IMG/VR virus record: IMGVR_UViG_2816332589_000001
Span: 1 to 64,000 of that record
Strand: one strand, 5' to 3'
Origin: a virus
Taxonomy: Duplodnaviria; Caudoviricetes
DNA length: 64,000 bases
The number at the start of each line of letters is the position of its first letter. Position 1 is the first letter of the stretch. A program made the translations under genes and the position numbers. Shown piece by piece: positions 30,401 through 37,606 of the stretch. The notes under the pieces are model-generated. The model ran no database searches. It was not told the DNA's origin and worked only from the letters and a program-made list of their open reading frames with translations.

Positions 30401-33400
30401 ACCGACTCCTCGGCGGGACAGGCCGATGAGACGCAGGCCGGAACGGGTGGTGCACCCGGCACACCGGCCAGCACACCGGCCAGCGGACCGGACACCGCTG
30501 CACCTGGTACCGCTGGCAGTGAGAACGACGAGGGCCGTGTCGGGGACGGCGCGCCGTTCGGCGATCCCGAGCTGGACCTCCGGCCCTTCATGTCGAACAC
30601 CGGTGACGACTGGGAGGACCGCATCATCACCGACGAAGCGACGATCCGCCGCTTCGGCAGCCTCGAACGCATGCGGGAACTCGCGTCCCGTGCCACGGTC
30701 CCCAGCCCGCAGCTTCCCACCGACCATGGAGCCTCGGAGGTCTGGCTGAACGGCCGCCTGATCGGCTCCGTCAACGACGAGGACAGCTACAACCGCACGC
30801 TCTACCCCGAGTCGTACAAGGGCATGTGGCATGCGAAGCCGGAGTTCTTCCCGACCTCCCGCGAGCCTGTGTTCCGCAGCCGCGAAGCGGCCATCGCCGA
30901 AGTCGTCCTTCGCGCGCTGAAGGCCGGCCCGCCCGACCCCACCAAGGTCACCGGCGAGATGGCCGACGACTTCAAGCTTTGGCGCGACATGTTCTTCCCC
31001 AAGAACGTGGACGGCCAGGACTTCGACGATCAGGACCGCGAGCGGTACGAGGCGCTGGACAAGCTCGTGACAGAGCTGGCAGCTGGCCGTACCCCGAGCG
31101 GGAACCTGGCCGCCGACCTCGGCCATGCCGTGGACGAACTCGGCTGGCTGGCCAGCCGGTACCGGAAGGGCAAGGACGAGGAGCACACCCACATCGACCC
31201 GTCCACGCTCGCCCGGCACTTCGCCAAAACCCTGGATCACCTGCGTCCGGAGGACCCACGGGCCGCCCACCACCGTGAACTTCAGTACCGGGCCGCCATG
31301 CAGGCCATTCGGGACCTGGACACGGACGACGTCCTCGACCACTCCGAGCAGGTGTCGATCGCGGCCCTCCGCGACGGCGATGTGGTCATCAAGCTGGAGG
31401 GCCGACGCGCCACCGGCTCCACCACCAGGCGGACCGGGTACCTGCGTGGTGCTCCGAAGAAGGTCACGATTCGCAGCGGCGGCGAGAAGATCCGCGCGTA
31501 CCGCGTCCGTGTCGGCGACACGCCGTGGGACGACGGCGGGCGCGAGGAGAAGCTGACCGTCCCAATCGACACCGTGGTGCACCGCCGCGCCAGCCTCGAC
31601 CAGGTCGAGATCCGTGAGGATCAGCAGGACTACGGTCTCCGCGTCGGCCAGGAGGCACCCGAGCACGTCTACAACCCGGAGACGGACGGGATCGACTACG
31701 AGGGCCGCGCCCGCGCTCAGGCCCAGCAGGCTGACGGCCTGCGCAGTACGGACGACGCCGACACCGACAACGCGCCCGAGGCTGCCGCTGATACTGACCA
31801 CGCACCGGCGAAGCCGGAACCGAACACGGAAACCCGCGAGCCCGCCTCGGCCGACGAACCCGAGACCGCCCCGGCGCCGGCGCAGGCCGCCCCGAAGCTC
31901 AAGAACCGGCCGACGGACAAGCCGACCAGGAAGGACCAGCCTGCTCCAGCTCCCCGCAAGGCGCCGGAGCCGGTTGGCGGCCGGCCCGCGGAATGGGTCA
32001 AGATCCACGACCTCTCACACGGCGACCTGGTGCGCGTGGAGGGAACCACCAAGCAAGGCACCCCGCGCACCCTGGCCGGGTACGTCGTGGACGGCCCGAA
32101 GCAGATCCCGGCAACTCGCAACCACCGTACGCGAGACATGTACCGGGTTCTGATCGCGGACACCCCCAACGGCAAGGGCGCTCCGGTCTGGGTCATGCCC
32201 GACGCAGCGGCGGCCCGCGCCACCCGAGACAACTCCGCCCAGGTCGAAGGCGCCCCGCATACCGGCGCGGACGCCGATGTCCTCGCCGGGCGCATCGCCG
32301 ACACCGTCCCCACCGACCGCAACGGCAACGGCATCTTCCCCGGCTCGGTTGTCACCGACGCCGAAGGCAATGACGGGGTGGTTACCGGCGCAAGCGCCTC
32401 CAGCGTCCGCGCACGGTTCGGCGACAGCCGCAGCGAAGAAGACCACTCCCCCACCTCGCTGCACGTCACCGACGGCGGCGCGGCCCGGCCCACCGGCTGG
32501 ACGGGGGACGGCCACCGGGTACGGACCGGCAACGTCGTCGGCGAGAAGGACGGCACCATGCTCGGAACCGTCGAGGAGGTGGACGGCGACACCGCGACCG
32601 TCGCCATCCCGGGCGGCATGTCCGAGCACCCGATCGGGGACCTGCGTGTCATCGGCGACACCAACAACGGCAACGACGGCAACAAGGTCACCACGGTTGA
32701 ACCGGCGGACGCTGGCGAAGTGAAGGAAGGCGACGTGCTCGTGCGCGACACCCCCGAGGGGCCGCGCACCGCCCGGATCACCGGCCGCAGCGACGACGGC
32801 GAACAGATCAACCTCGACCTGACGGACACCACCACCGGCGAGACCGACACCATGTCCGTCCCGTCCAGCGGCGGTGTACTGCGCGCCCGCGACGCCGACG
32901 GCAACGCCCCCGACCTCGGCCCGGAGGACGGGCCGTCCGACAACGCCGAGATCACCAGCCACGAACCAGCCCCCGCGGTAGACCCCGTCGCCGGCCCGAC
33001 CGTGAACCCGCAGCTTTCCCCCGAGGAACGCGACGCCATCGCCGACCGGGGCCAGACCGCCACCGCGGACCCCGATGCCGAGCAGGCCGCTGCCCGCATC
33101 GCCAACGACCTGCCGGTCACTCCCGAGCAGGCGTCCGCACTCGCTGACGAACTGCGAGAGGGCGCCGACTCGGACACGGCGGATGGCCGGGCCGCGCGGC
33201 GGGCCGCCGACCACCTGGACGCCGCGGCCGGTAACGAACCCGACGGCGAAACGTCGAACGACCGCCCGGAGCCCGGCACGGTCGGCACCGTGGGCGTCGG
33301 CGACACGATCGCACTGCCCGACGAGTTCACCCCGGACACCCTGACCGCCTACCGCGTGGTGGACATCCAGGACGGCCCCGGCGGCGTACGGAGCCTGACC

Positions 33401-35395
33401 GTCGAGGACGGAGACGGACAGCGCTTCAAGCGGACCCTCGCCTCGGCGGACCCGCTGTACCAGCTCCCCGAGCCCGAGGCCCCGGCTGGCGATCCCGAGG
33501 CGGAGCCGCGTGACCCGAACCCGGCACCGGACCCGGACCGGCTCCGTGCCGACTACCGGGACGCAGTGGTGCGTGCCGTCATCGACAGCGCAGTTCAGGG
33601 CACCACCACCCCGGGCAGCGTCCACCAGCTCCGTGAGCAGATCGCCCAGCAGCTCACCCCCGAGGCCCTGCGCGCATCCATGCGCCGAGCCCGCAACGGG
33701 GCAGTCGCCGCGATCACGGATGCAGGGATCGAGGGGGACGACCGGGAGGCCCTGGTCCGATCCCTGCGGCGAGAAGCCGCTACCGCCCGTACGGACGCGA
33801 TCCGCGCAGCCCTGCGGACCCTGGACGACTTCGAAGCCCACGACGGCGAATCGGAAGAGGACACCGCCCGCCGCGCCGCCGATGCGCTCCGCCTGATCCC
33901 CGAGGCACTACGGAACCGGCCCAACGGAGACGACAACACCGACGGGGCACCGCACGCCAACGATGCCGTGACCCAGCACGCTGACGATGCGATCGCCGAA
34001 GCCCTCCGGGCCGCGGCCGCCGACGGACCGCTCACCGAAGAGCGCCGCGCCGCGATCATCGCGCAGCTCGCCGCCCGCCTGGCCGCCAACCGGGACGCCA
34101 CCGCACGCCAGATCGCGGAGAACCTCCCGGCCGGCCGACGCCCCGGCGTCATCGCGCACATCGTCGCCGGTCTCGCCCTGATCGCCCGCAAGATCGTCGC
34201 CATGGTCACTGCCTTCCTGAAGGCCCTCGCCAAGGGGTGGCAGCGCAGCCGCGAGGGCCTGCGTCGAATGCGCGAACGCCTCGCCCGGTTCCGCCGCAGC
34301 CTCGCCCAGCGAATCAGGACGTGGCCCGAGACCCGACGCCTTCGCCGCCTCGCCGCCGCCACGGACCTCCCGGGCCACGCGGACGGCCTCCCGCTCGGCG
34401 ACCGCATCGCCCACTGGACGCGCCTCCTCCCAGCCCCCGGCCGGTTCGGGCAGGTCTCCCGCCGGGCCCGCTGGTACCGGCCCGCAACCCGCTCGTCCCT
34501 GGCCAGCGGCCAACTCCCGCCCATCCAGGACGGTGTCCGCTGGACCATGGATCGGGCCGTGGACGGCGGCCCCGGCCCGCAGGCCCTGCGGCACCTGGCC
34601 GCGCTGCGCGCCGCCGGGCACGACGTGGACGCCGACGTGGCCACCCGGCTGTCGGCCGCGGCGCCGGAACTCGGCGACGACCCGCACGGCACCGTCCGGC
34701 ACGCCTCCCGGCACGCCGACAACGCCGAGCAGCGTCTACGGGACCTGGAGGCAGCGGCGGCCGGCGGCGCGCCGGACGCTGACCTGGAGATCGCAGCCGC
34801 CCGGGTCGAGGCCGAGACCGCACGGCAGGAGGCGGGGCGCCTTCAGCAGGCGTACGCCGCGGCGCTGCCCGCGGCCGTGCTCGACACCTTGGCTGGGATA
34901 CGCGAGATGGGACCGGGCACCACGGCCACGCTGGTGACCACCCCGGACAGCGACCCCGCCGCCGTCAGAGCGCTGAACGACATCGCGCGGTACGTTCCCC
35001 GGGACTGGCTGGCGCCGACGGAGGCGCGGTTCATCGGGGCCCGTGGCGGAGACGCCGGGGCGTACGACCCGCGTACCGCGACGGCGACCGTCGCAGACCT
35101 GGGTGACGGAGGCCAGCGGACGGCGGCGCACGCCCTGCTCGCGCACCTTCAGCAGCACTACCCGGACCTGCTCGCGGCGCAGGAGGCGTTCCACTTCACC
35201 CGCACCCACCGCGGACGAGTGGGGGCGCGGCGTCGTACGGAGCTGGACCAGCTCCTCGCGCGGCTGTTCCGCAACCGCACAAACGGCGACGGTGACGACC
35301 TGGTGCCGCTCGGCCTCGCGACGCTGTTCTCGGGCGACTGGTACGAGGACGACGACCTGCGAGCGTTCCTCCTCGGACTGCTCGCCACCCGGTAG
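18488..35395 (+). CDS. Giant (~5,635 aa) DarB-like protein: N6-adenine methyltransferase + SNF2 helicase + repeated accessory domains
   Basis: VLEPGSGSG (motif I), GNVPFG (motif IV), HEVGAGKT, VDEAH, ATATP, QRNGRIIRQGN; N-terminal WNPDLHPRDSKGRF; located in the head module. Confidence 0.9.
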   Translation: MQITNAADRLASRLEAKARRPWNPDLHPRDSKGRFIETGGIARLWGGGMARVLRALGGRDVLVENLSTHERSTINGSRLTMVARPDGTAPTRSKKKVRDEDERRQADGRRGTGRDDEDAGDHGDTPDEPHDTDDQGNAIGEDRDGEDHGAGPEPEDDEPEEDPQPKPSRRRDPNRRFKTLEDVRAHWASGKLRTFTQDEKKQDSHNKFMAELMDKLDKPQLSRNGHFVVGRLTIHGSDGREHTGWGVMHTDTGIRLTLADRKAEATEFANRMESVRIGGEPIDWNNPESFDRLNTPEGRSVAGRLAAEAQAAFAERAKKKREGATARTKPATPSTPEQRAAQQVAGRTGAPAANVAVGHIGAPDKGKSFGDERGRPRNDGELREFWQQGGAQGAGGKAQAEMKKLANDPNVVLHLADHRGFVVVEQRRRNKPTRYELRTVGTAATLSKLGRGGIHTYGSFDDPETANRFALYLGSNLRDRDGRTVDWGSPSLSSDLFRFRDKEGQPAGQAIWQLAGEFDRQRGVHDSPAARFSRPHGGRDDRDEEHQQDPQTAPETPDTGIPGEDVTPRPADGQQRDEQEEHSSGERLQGAGEGVLGDVPADGAGRAGGDDAAGDVLRADGGGDRGADRGQEGRLPGGDGAGDGLPGRDGVDQHGDDEGEGSGPARAGVRPEEGAGHGGQGDAQGEPAEDRSRVAFGSDDEERRAPQYQPPEDGRSLVPSGVRARVKANIAAIEVLRRLEDENRPATAAEQETLARWSGWGATPQVFVDEPKEEFVPLQARLRELLSDAEWDAAKENTLNAHYTDPAITREVWKAVEELGFDGGNVLEPGSGSGNFIGYAPESAHMTGVELDPITAGISKALYPHADIRNEGFEKTRAADGTFDMAIGNVPFGDYQVVDLRHNKGGHNIHNHFILKSLDLTRPGGLVAVVTSRFTMDGSTPRAEDARMEMARKADLVGAVRLPTGAHRRTAGTDVVTDLLIFRRREKDKEFTSGRLRNGQIKMPDQRTKDDPPVWVHSARVTDLPGQDPDDANQPDAPQVYVNPYFLTNPNNVLGEMAVGHGMYGPGELRVDGDGNLDTSLSKALKKIVKRARDAGLSYTPDDGERRRPELLPEGSDRIDGHVQVSPDGTFTQVRDGVIVPFDVPRKQVEEATQLLGLRDAMKALIAEESRPDADEALIETLRGDLKARYEAYHAKFGSLNRFDWATRKAADPETGEQVDKAYRKRPPMGGLITRDPTMAVVLSLDTYDGTTGTSTPAAIFSKRQSRHRTIADRASSPEDAMAVVLEQKGSLDTNTLARVMGVTPQVAREKLLAARSTDPETGHEYPLVFEPHNGGDLIPAADYLSGNVRARLEEAQALAGEDPRFDINVKQLEAVLPPDISPGEIDAPMGASWLGGEIVQSFLREKLNTNTVRVSYAGGSLWKVDAPDATKKSRAATEVWGTEDFPAIKLAETILTNGRIRVTFKDDEGKTYVDEDATAAAQAKAEELKEEFQDWLWASPARSEQIKKLYNNTHNNLALRSYDGQRRTMPGLADWFKPHPHQHAAVARMVNEPAVLLAHEVGAGKTAEMTMGVMELRRLGLINKAAIVVPNHMLQQFHDEFAELYPESAAQGRILSASSEDLQGRKRREFIARVATGDYDAVILTQNAFESIPMRPEVQLDYIKREKKHLEEALRRQKEQDELEEPGKRRDSRMVKELQKRLKQLEAKIAAKIETSKDMAGLYFEDTGIDYVVVDEAHHYKNLTTNSSIPGAAIEGANRASDLDMKLEYLRKNTKSGRVVTFATATPISNSVTEAHTMLRYLRPDLLEAAKVRNFDEFASTYGKVVSGVELAADGSGFKEVSRFAAFRNMPELLRIWKTVADVKTSEDLAEYLDTPDISGGKAITISVEPTEQMLAYQEELARRARDVKQGDVDPRDDNMLKISSDGRKVSLDPRMVGLDEQGNKLPRAAENIARIYEETKDAVYPTSKTDPTPHETPGGLQIVFLDMGTPKDPGKGKKKGKSDGPASVEELGDSPFPAYQELKELLIAQGVPAEKIRFIHEAKNDAEKARLFADARNGKIAVLVGSTSKMGTGTNVQLRATALHHLDCPWRPADLEQRNGRIIRQGNANPEVAIFQYVTEQSFDGFSWQTVARKAKFIRQLMKGNLTDRTVEDIPDGVFNAEQVTAISTGNPYLLEQANVKASLAVLKRKLKGHLRAVEGYKTTIHAAEKLREDTDKFVAQLQDVISRRKNTRGDAFNATIGKNDFTKRGEAAKALATAAQAVLRQGKADPYRSGGHQKVVIGRVGNIEVTAQYRTAWGDYGRVHLVDIAFPDIPRSRHSYQEDDLKKDSTLPITRLEDSLADVDKAIVRAESRLRQEERAAETARARVDRPFEQAEELEAAERRAKLVGALIREQGKQTTSEDAGRAKRARLESLEHQLREARIAAGEDSGDVDDPAAAQDTDLLPRTPAPPSITTDEKGRPRVLWPDAEAKKAAKEREKQAKLQRAREERGETTLNPEQVRSELDSLREDAPEAPEQHDDSSVPEEKPEAPDAPAPTDKPDTDTGQAQDGEGEETTTLTPERVRADLDSITPEDRDDAKTEDRTDSEGTDAAPNADSVQDHDQADAEPADTSSGQEETTPAADASQPADNDESEAEDEAPAGDFPAPGDQVNSPDGLGEVMAVHGDAVLVRAERGTRSHALKDVTRPDGSPFGGDRTEAHKERQNAEKIAQAATHEGAELSSGNRLRDLDMEAGHGTIVDRDGNTVGWVRARIGDDGRRYWWGQDADGGAPEDMQWHEELPAQAGAAPIRAASIVRDGLDSLRAKYTGRMDANGRPEQEKRKPVTPDRAITEMTLTPAQVRELSKLTLSGEYADGTPIDTLPWNPGHRRYSPFSAQAGALATAAREAAAQQDESTPEGRRNKKVLIGAARKMEFQQYDSARRAATVPPPGEPDAYDKPYEPRAEEPDTDAPDRDAPDPASEQTAPDTGRGTSDAPSEPQETDAEPADDSEVLDPDQAQVGDYIRAETQNTRGNADTREGYLLAAPKKVTATRDRQRIKAWRLYIGKEGEEPSPRNAVTILPDEKIERLTAPEPTPEADHDTESTDSRTRDSAPTADAPEDSAATGSPAEGDDVPSGQSPLSFPNGGTREEEVRKWAGVWAGPQPDGLSNVYLDRVLGAHDGQLPSDPWETRFWITSAFEVDPMAQYDENLRHSLDQVPEEARQYLTGHADELRSFVQQLGDDLRTDIRSVLVDNIATRAGRKKAREQVARMYNEAAEKARKAVREHIERVRADAAEHGLSEQQAEGFLINVAGGDNPDQMSYGVKGEFPEAVRPLYAARLDGEAYRAAFGGWATQDDTNSWAGFHHSNVRRARMNVRLTPVADPRAAAGELKIGEAELPKGMRWARASELREGDIFHYVRVPRRGTADAFDGMEPPQYVIHTHRDGLEGALRTVGLDGSHHDPDTDGHVIIVENPEPAVRKRARHRARTDVFTNWELRKDEEAYAAQSRLPSHPEGETVDPETLAKGELVRLRGTNQWGGLGQFEGYLHEAPQRTRFWRQGKETEGWKVTLASNPEQLQNPYATGWDYYIAADDNENWVERIDSMQARSASVPLSRRGDVDAPEEHDRPHEHDEQQPEGQPHTDIADEGDASAPDSTNDDDHGQERREEEERQGGDDDDRRGRGTRRRSRDRDGDNEPDGEDGPGLPDAGAPTPNDDDHENEDDGDAERPDANDQDHDDRDERGRRKRRRRRDRDRDGRDGGAPDGGLPHMPGLPHVPDLGSNQGGDDSQAGNRTRKPDRLAQTKDRYRNGSTPTPPGADPEGHAAYLRRLADNDTLTLSPGGGLITWSDDDGRTWQFGHATSGVHLAGWEANGEEIGGRDGAVRLAGEYERMLGEDGAPIDWTQPQLDADALRQWRDSRGELLTDAIAFVRDSVIREHQRDSDRNRLNSTPTTDIAAPDTEPTVGTGATDTPNPNRRPRSEAAGQDTDSSAGQADETQAGTGGAPGTPASTPASGPDTAAPGTAGSENDEGRVGDGAPFGDPELDLRPFMSNTGDDWEDRIITDEATIRRFGSLERMRELASRATVPSPQLPTDHGASEVWLNGRLIGSVNDEDSYNRTLYPESYKGMWHAKPEFFPTSREPVFRSREAAIAEVVLRALKAGPPDPTKVTGEMADDFKLWRDMFFPKNVDGQDFDDQDRERYEALDKLVTELAAGRTPSGNLAADLGHAVDELGWLASRYRKGKDEEHTHIDPSTLARHFAKTLDHLRPEDPRAAHHRELQYRAAMQAIRDLDTDDVLDHSEQVSIAALRDGDVVIKLEGRRATGSTTRRTGYLRGAPKKVTIRSGGEKIRAYRVRVGDTPWDDGGREEKLTVPIDTVVHRRASLDQVEIREDQQDYGLRVGQEAPEHVYNPETDGIDYEGRARAQAQQADGLRSTDDADTDNAPEAAADTDHAPAKPEPNTETREPASADEPETAPAPAQAAPKLKNRPTDKPTRKDQPAPAPRKAPEPVGGRPAEWVKIHDLSHGDLVRVEGTTKQGTPRTLAGYVVDGPKQIPATRNHRTRDMYRVLIADTPNGKGAPVWVMPDAAAARATRDNSAQVEGAPHTGADADVLAGRIADTVPTDRNGNGIFPGSVVTDAEGNDGVVTGASASSVRARFGDSRSEEDHSPTSLHVTDGGAARPTGWTGDGHRVRTGNVVGEKDGTMLGTVEEVDGDTATVAIPGGMSEHPIGDLRVIGDTNNGNDGNKVTTVEPADAGEVKEGDVLVRDTPEGPRTARITGRSDDGEQINLDLTDTTTGETDTMSVPSSGGVLRARDADGNAPDLGPEDGPSDNAEITSHEPAPAVDPVAGPTVNPQLSPEERDAIADRGQTATADPDAEQAAARIANDLPVTPEQASALADELREGADSDTADGRAARRAADHLDAAAGNEPDGETSNDRPEPGTVGTVGVGDTIALPDEFTPDTLTAYRVVDIQDGPGGVRSLTVEDGDGQRFKRTLASADPLYQLPEPEAPAGDPEAEPRDPNPAPDPDRLRADYRDAVVRAVIDSAVQGTTTPGSVHQLREQIAQQLTPEALRASMRRARNGAVAAITDAGIEGDDREALVRSLRREAATARTDAIRAALRTLDDFEAHDGESEEDTARRAADALRLIPEALRNRPNGDDNTDGAPHANDAVTQHADDAIAEALRAAAADGPLTEERRAAIIAQLAARLAANRDATARQIAENLPAGRRPGVIAHIVAGLALIARKIVAMVTAFLKALAKGWQRSREGLRRMRERLARFRRSLAQRIRTWPETRRLRRLAAATDLPGHADGLPLGDRIAHWTRLLPAPGRFGQVSRRARWYRPATRSSLASGQLPPIQDGVRWTMDRAVDGGPGPQALRHLAALRAAGHDVDADVATRLSAAAPELGDDPHGTVRHASRHADNAEQRLRDLEAAAAGGAPDADLEIAAARVEAETARQEAGRLQQAYAAALPAAVLDTLAGIREMGPGTTATLVTTPDSDPAAVRALNDIARYVPRDWLAPTEARFIGARGGDAGAYDPRTATATVADLGDGGQRTAAHALLAHLQQHYPDLLAAQEAFHFTRTHRGRVGARRRTELDQLLARLFRNRTNGDGDDLVPLGLATLFSGDWYEDDDLRAFLLGLLATR
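20238..20570 (+). CDS. Nested out-of-frame gene, 110-aa helical protein (TnpV-like by recollection)
   Basis: GGAGGAG RBS before GTG, typical high-GC3 codons, globular composition, while the giant frame turns G/D/R-rich over the same interval. Confidence 0.75.
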   Translation: MESGYKALVKAYWETYRPTALAELAETTPPETFFAQMAAEIEEQIADRRDDFREEMEPGTDFRDAMASINMATMRAREAVLHELVYGLKKEPGTEDREMPRVSLPKIAAG

Positions 35396-35407
35396 AAGGA
35401 GAAGAGC

Positions 35408-35638
35408 ATGAGGATCATGGGCACGCTGGACGACGGCGCGGCCTACGACGTGGAGGTCACCGGCCAGCAGGACCGGCCGGTGACCGGCTCCCGCCGCGTG
35501 CGGGCCCTGGTCGAGCAGTACACCGGCAAGCCGGTCCTGCTCGGCCCGCTCGGGCCCCGCCGCACACTGGAGCCCACGGACACCGCAGCCGTGCTCGCGC
35601 TGCTGCGGGCCCACACACGTGTGCTGGAGGTGTCCTGA
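35408..35638 (+). CDS. Hypothetical protein
   Basis: RBS AAGGAG directly after the giant gene, high GC3. Confidence 0.7.
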   Translation: MRIMGTLDDGAAYDVEVTGQQDRPVTGSRRVRALVEQYTGKPVLLGPLGPRRTLEPTDTAAVLALLRAHTRVLEVS

Positions 35639-35781
35639 GGATCGCTGTGTGGCGCCCGGTGGGCGGCGTCTCGGACGACGGGCATTCAGGCGACCGCTCG
35701 GCGCGGTCGCGGTCTGCGGCCGGGCGCGGCCAGGCACAGTGGACCGGGGCCAACCCTGGCTCCTCAATCCGAAGAGCGGAG

Positions 35782-36213
35782 ATGCCGGTGACGACGGTTG
35801 CGGATGACCTGACGGGCAAGCAACTCGCCGACAGCCTGCTGCGCGGTGTCGGCAACGAGAAGATGCGAGCGGCCACTCGTCTGCTCGGCGCCCATCGCAA
35901 CGGGTACTGGCTGCGGCGTCTCCTCAAAGAGGAAGGTGAACTTCAGCCTACGACCCTACGGTCAGTCATCGACCGCAGCGGCACGCACCCCTCAGTGGAC
36001 TGGGACAGCATCGAGCTGCTGCTGACCCCCGGATGTCCGGCACTCCCCTGTTCCAGCAGCGAACTGGCCATGCTGGAAGTCGCCACTTCCATGGCGACCC
36101 GCTACAGGCTGCCTCTCGCGGAGGTCATCCATGCAGTTGATCACCGCGAATACCGGCTGATCCTGAAAGCGCTGGAGGAAGCCGCGTTCGGCGAGATGCC
36201 CGTATGGAGCTAA
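35782..36213 (+). CDS. Hypothetical protein
   Basis: Protein-like ORF (AATRLLGAH..GYWLRR, VDWD, SSSE); start uncertain. Confidence 0.6.
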   Translation: MPVTTVADDLTGKQLADSLLRGVGNEKMRAATRLLGAHRNGYWLRRLLKEEGELQPTTLRSVIDRSGTHPSVDWDSIELLLTPGCPALPCSSSELAMLEVATSMATRYRLPLAEVIHAVDHREYRLILKALEEAAFGEMPVWS

Positions 36214-36267
36214 CCCTCGCGAACTGCGACTTTTCGTCCAACGTGCTACATACGAGGTGATAGGCCC

Positions 36268-36516
36268 TCACACCGTGATCGTGAACACCCATAGGTGAGC
36301 GTCGGGGCCGGAGATGATCACGTAATGGATGATCGCGCTGCGTGTCGTGACGACGCGCACCGACTCGTCCATCTCGTACTTGTCGGCCTGCGGCCACGAC
36401 CACGGGTCACCACAGGCTTGCAGCACCGCAGTGTGCAGTTCTTCTCGCGCGGGCGCCGGTAGATCGCGGATCGTCTGGCCGACGTTGGCCGCGAACCGGG
36501 CGGGGATCGCGCTCAC
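36268..36516 (-). CDS. Putative RelE/ParE-like type II toxin
   Basis: 82 aa, GTGA-coupled to upstream RHH gene, helix-helix-DP then beta strands. Confidence 0.6.
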   Translation of the reverse strand: MSAIPARFAANVGQTIRDLPAPAREELHTAVLQACGDPWSWPQADKYEMDESVRVVTTRSAIIHYVIISGPDAHLWVFTITV

Positions 36517-36755
36517 CGACCGAAGACCTCCGCCATGGACATTGCGCCGTCTTCCGGACGCCCCTCGTTGTTCCACCGGCGGTACGCGAAGCTCGCCAGC
36601 ACCGCGGCCCGGTCCGCGCGGTCAGTGCCCTTCATCGCCTGCGCGGCGGCGAGCACCGATGCCACGTACTCATTCACCGCCAGCCCATGCTGCGCGGCGG
36701 ACTCAGCGACCTGTTCCGCCAGCCGCTCATCTATCGACACCGTCAGCTCCGTCAT
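36513..36755 (-). CDS. Putative RHH/CopG-type antitoxin
   Basis: ELTVSIDERLAEQV...A...GLAVNEYV; C-terminal MSMAEVFG. Confidence 0.65.
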   Translation of the reverse strand: MTELTVSIDERLAEQVAESAAQHGLAVNEYVASVLAAAQAMKGTDRADRAAVLASFAYRRWNNEGRPEDGAMSMAEVFGR

Positions 36756-36805
36756 ACGTCGAGAGTAGCGACCGGAGCCGGGCGGTGGCAGGGGAACGAG
36801 CCCGA

Positions 36806-36832
36806 GACGCTAACCCTCTTGGCCCGGACTCT
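36806..36832 (+). promoter_or_regulatory. Late-promoter motif GACGCTA-N14-GACTCT
   Basis: Conserved copy; GTG 36840 7 nt downstream. Confidence 0.65.
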
Positions 36833-36839
36833 GCGGCCC

Positions 36840-37520
36840 GTGGACTACGCATACGCCGTGAAGACGCTGCCCCAGCCCAACGACGCCCCGGCCGGCGCCG
36901 ACCCGGCCGCGCCTCCGCCGCCGGAACCGCAGCCCCCGCATGAAGATGACGCCCGCCCGTGGGCTGGTGACTTGTACGACGAGGGAGACGAGAGCGACCC
37001 CGCCGAGGCGTACGCCTCCTTCTCCGGGCAGAACGGCGAGCAAGCCTGGCTCGACAAGGCCGAGGACGGCACACTCACCGGCTGGGTGCGCGACGAGACA
37101 GGACAGGTGTGGCGCTACGCGGACGCTGACGCCTGGGCCATCGACGTGGACGACGCCGGCATGGCGCAGACCGGCGGCACTGCGAACGGCGCGGCGCCCG
37201 AGGACCCGGCCGCCGACCCGAGTACGGCGGACCCCGCTGCCCAGACCTCAGCCGCAGGCGACCCGGCCGCCGCGCCACTCGACTTCGCGACCGCCGACGA
37301 CGTCGCCGACCCCGCGGAGGGCGAGGAAGATCCGGCGCTGCCCGGCGAGAAACAGCGAGAAGGCGACCCCTCCATCACCGGCGAGGAAGAGGAACCGGCC
37401 AGCGACGAGGAGCCCGCTGAGGACGAGGAAGAAGACCCTGCTCAGGGCGGCAAGAAGGACCCCTCCAAGAACAAGAAGGGCGCTCCCAAGGGCAAGAAGG
37501 GCGGCAAACCGTGGGCCTGA
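36840..37520 (+). CDS. Acidic hypothetical head-associated protein with Lys-rich C-terminus
   Basis: High GC3; upstream of the protease; ends KKGGKPWA. Confidence 0.7.
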   Translation: MDYAYAVKTLPQPNDAPAGADPAAPPPPEPQPPHEDDARPWAGDLYDEGDESDPAEAYASFSGQNGEQAWLDKAEDGTLTGWVRDETGQVWRYADADAWAIDVDDAGMAQTGGTANGAAPEDPAADPSTADPAAQTSAAGDPAAAPLDFATADDVADPAEGEEDPALPGEKQREGDPSITGEEEEPASDEEPAEDEEEDPAQGGKKDPSKNKKGAPKGKKGGKPWA

Positions 37521-37541
37521 CGACCGAGCCAGCGAGCGCAG

Positions 37542-37569
37542 GACGTTAGCCCCCCGGCGAGGGCACGGT
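37542..37569 (+). promoter_or_regulatory. Late-promoter motif GACGTTA-N15-CACGGT
   Basis: Conserved copy upstream of the protease. Confidence 0.65.
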
Positions 37570-37606
37570 GCGCACCGTCCGAGACGCCCGCCAGGAGGAA
37601 CCCGCC

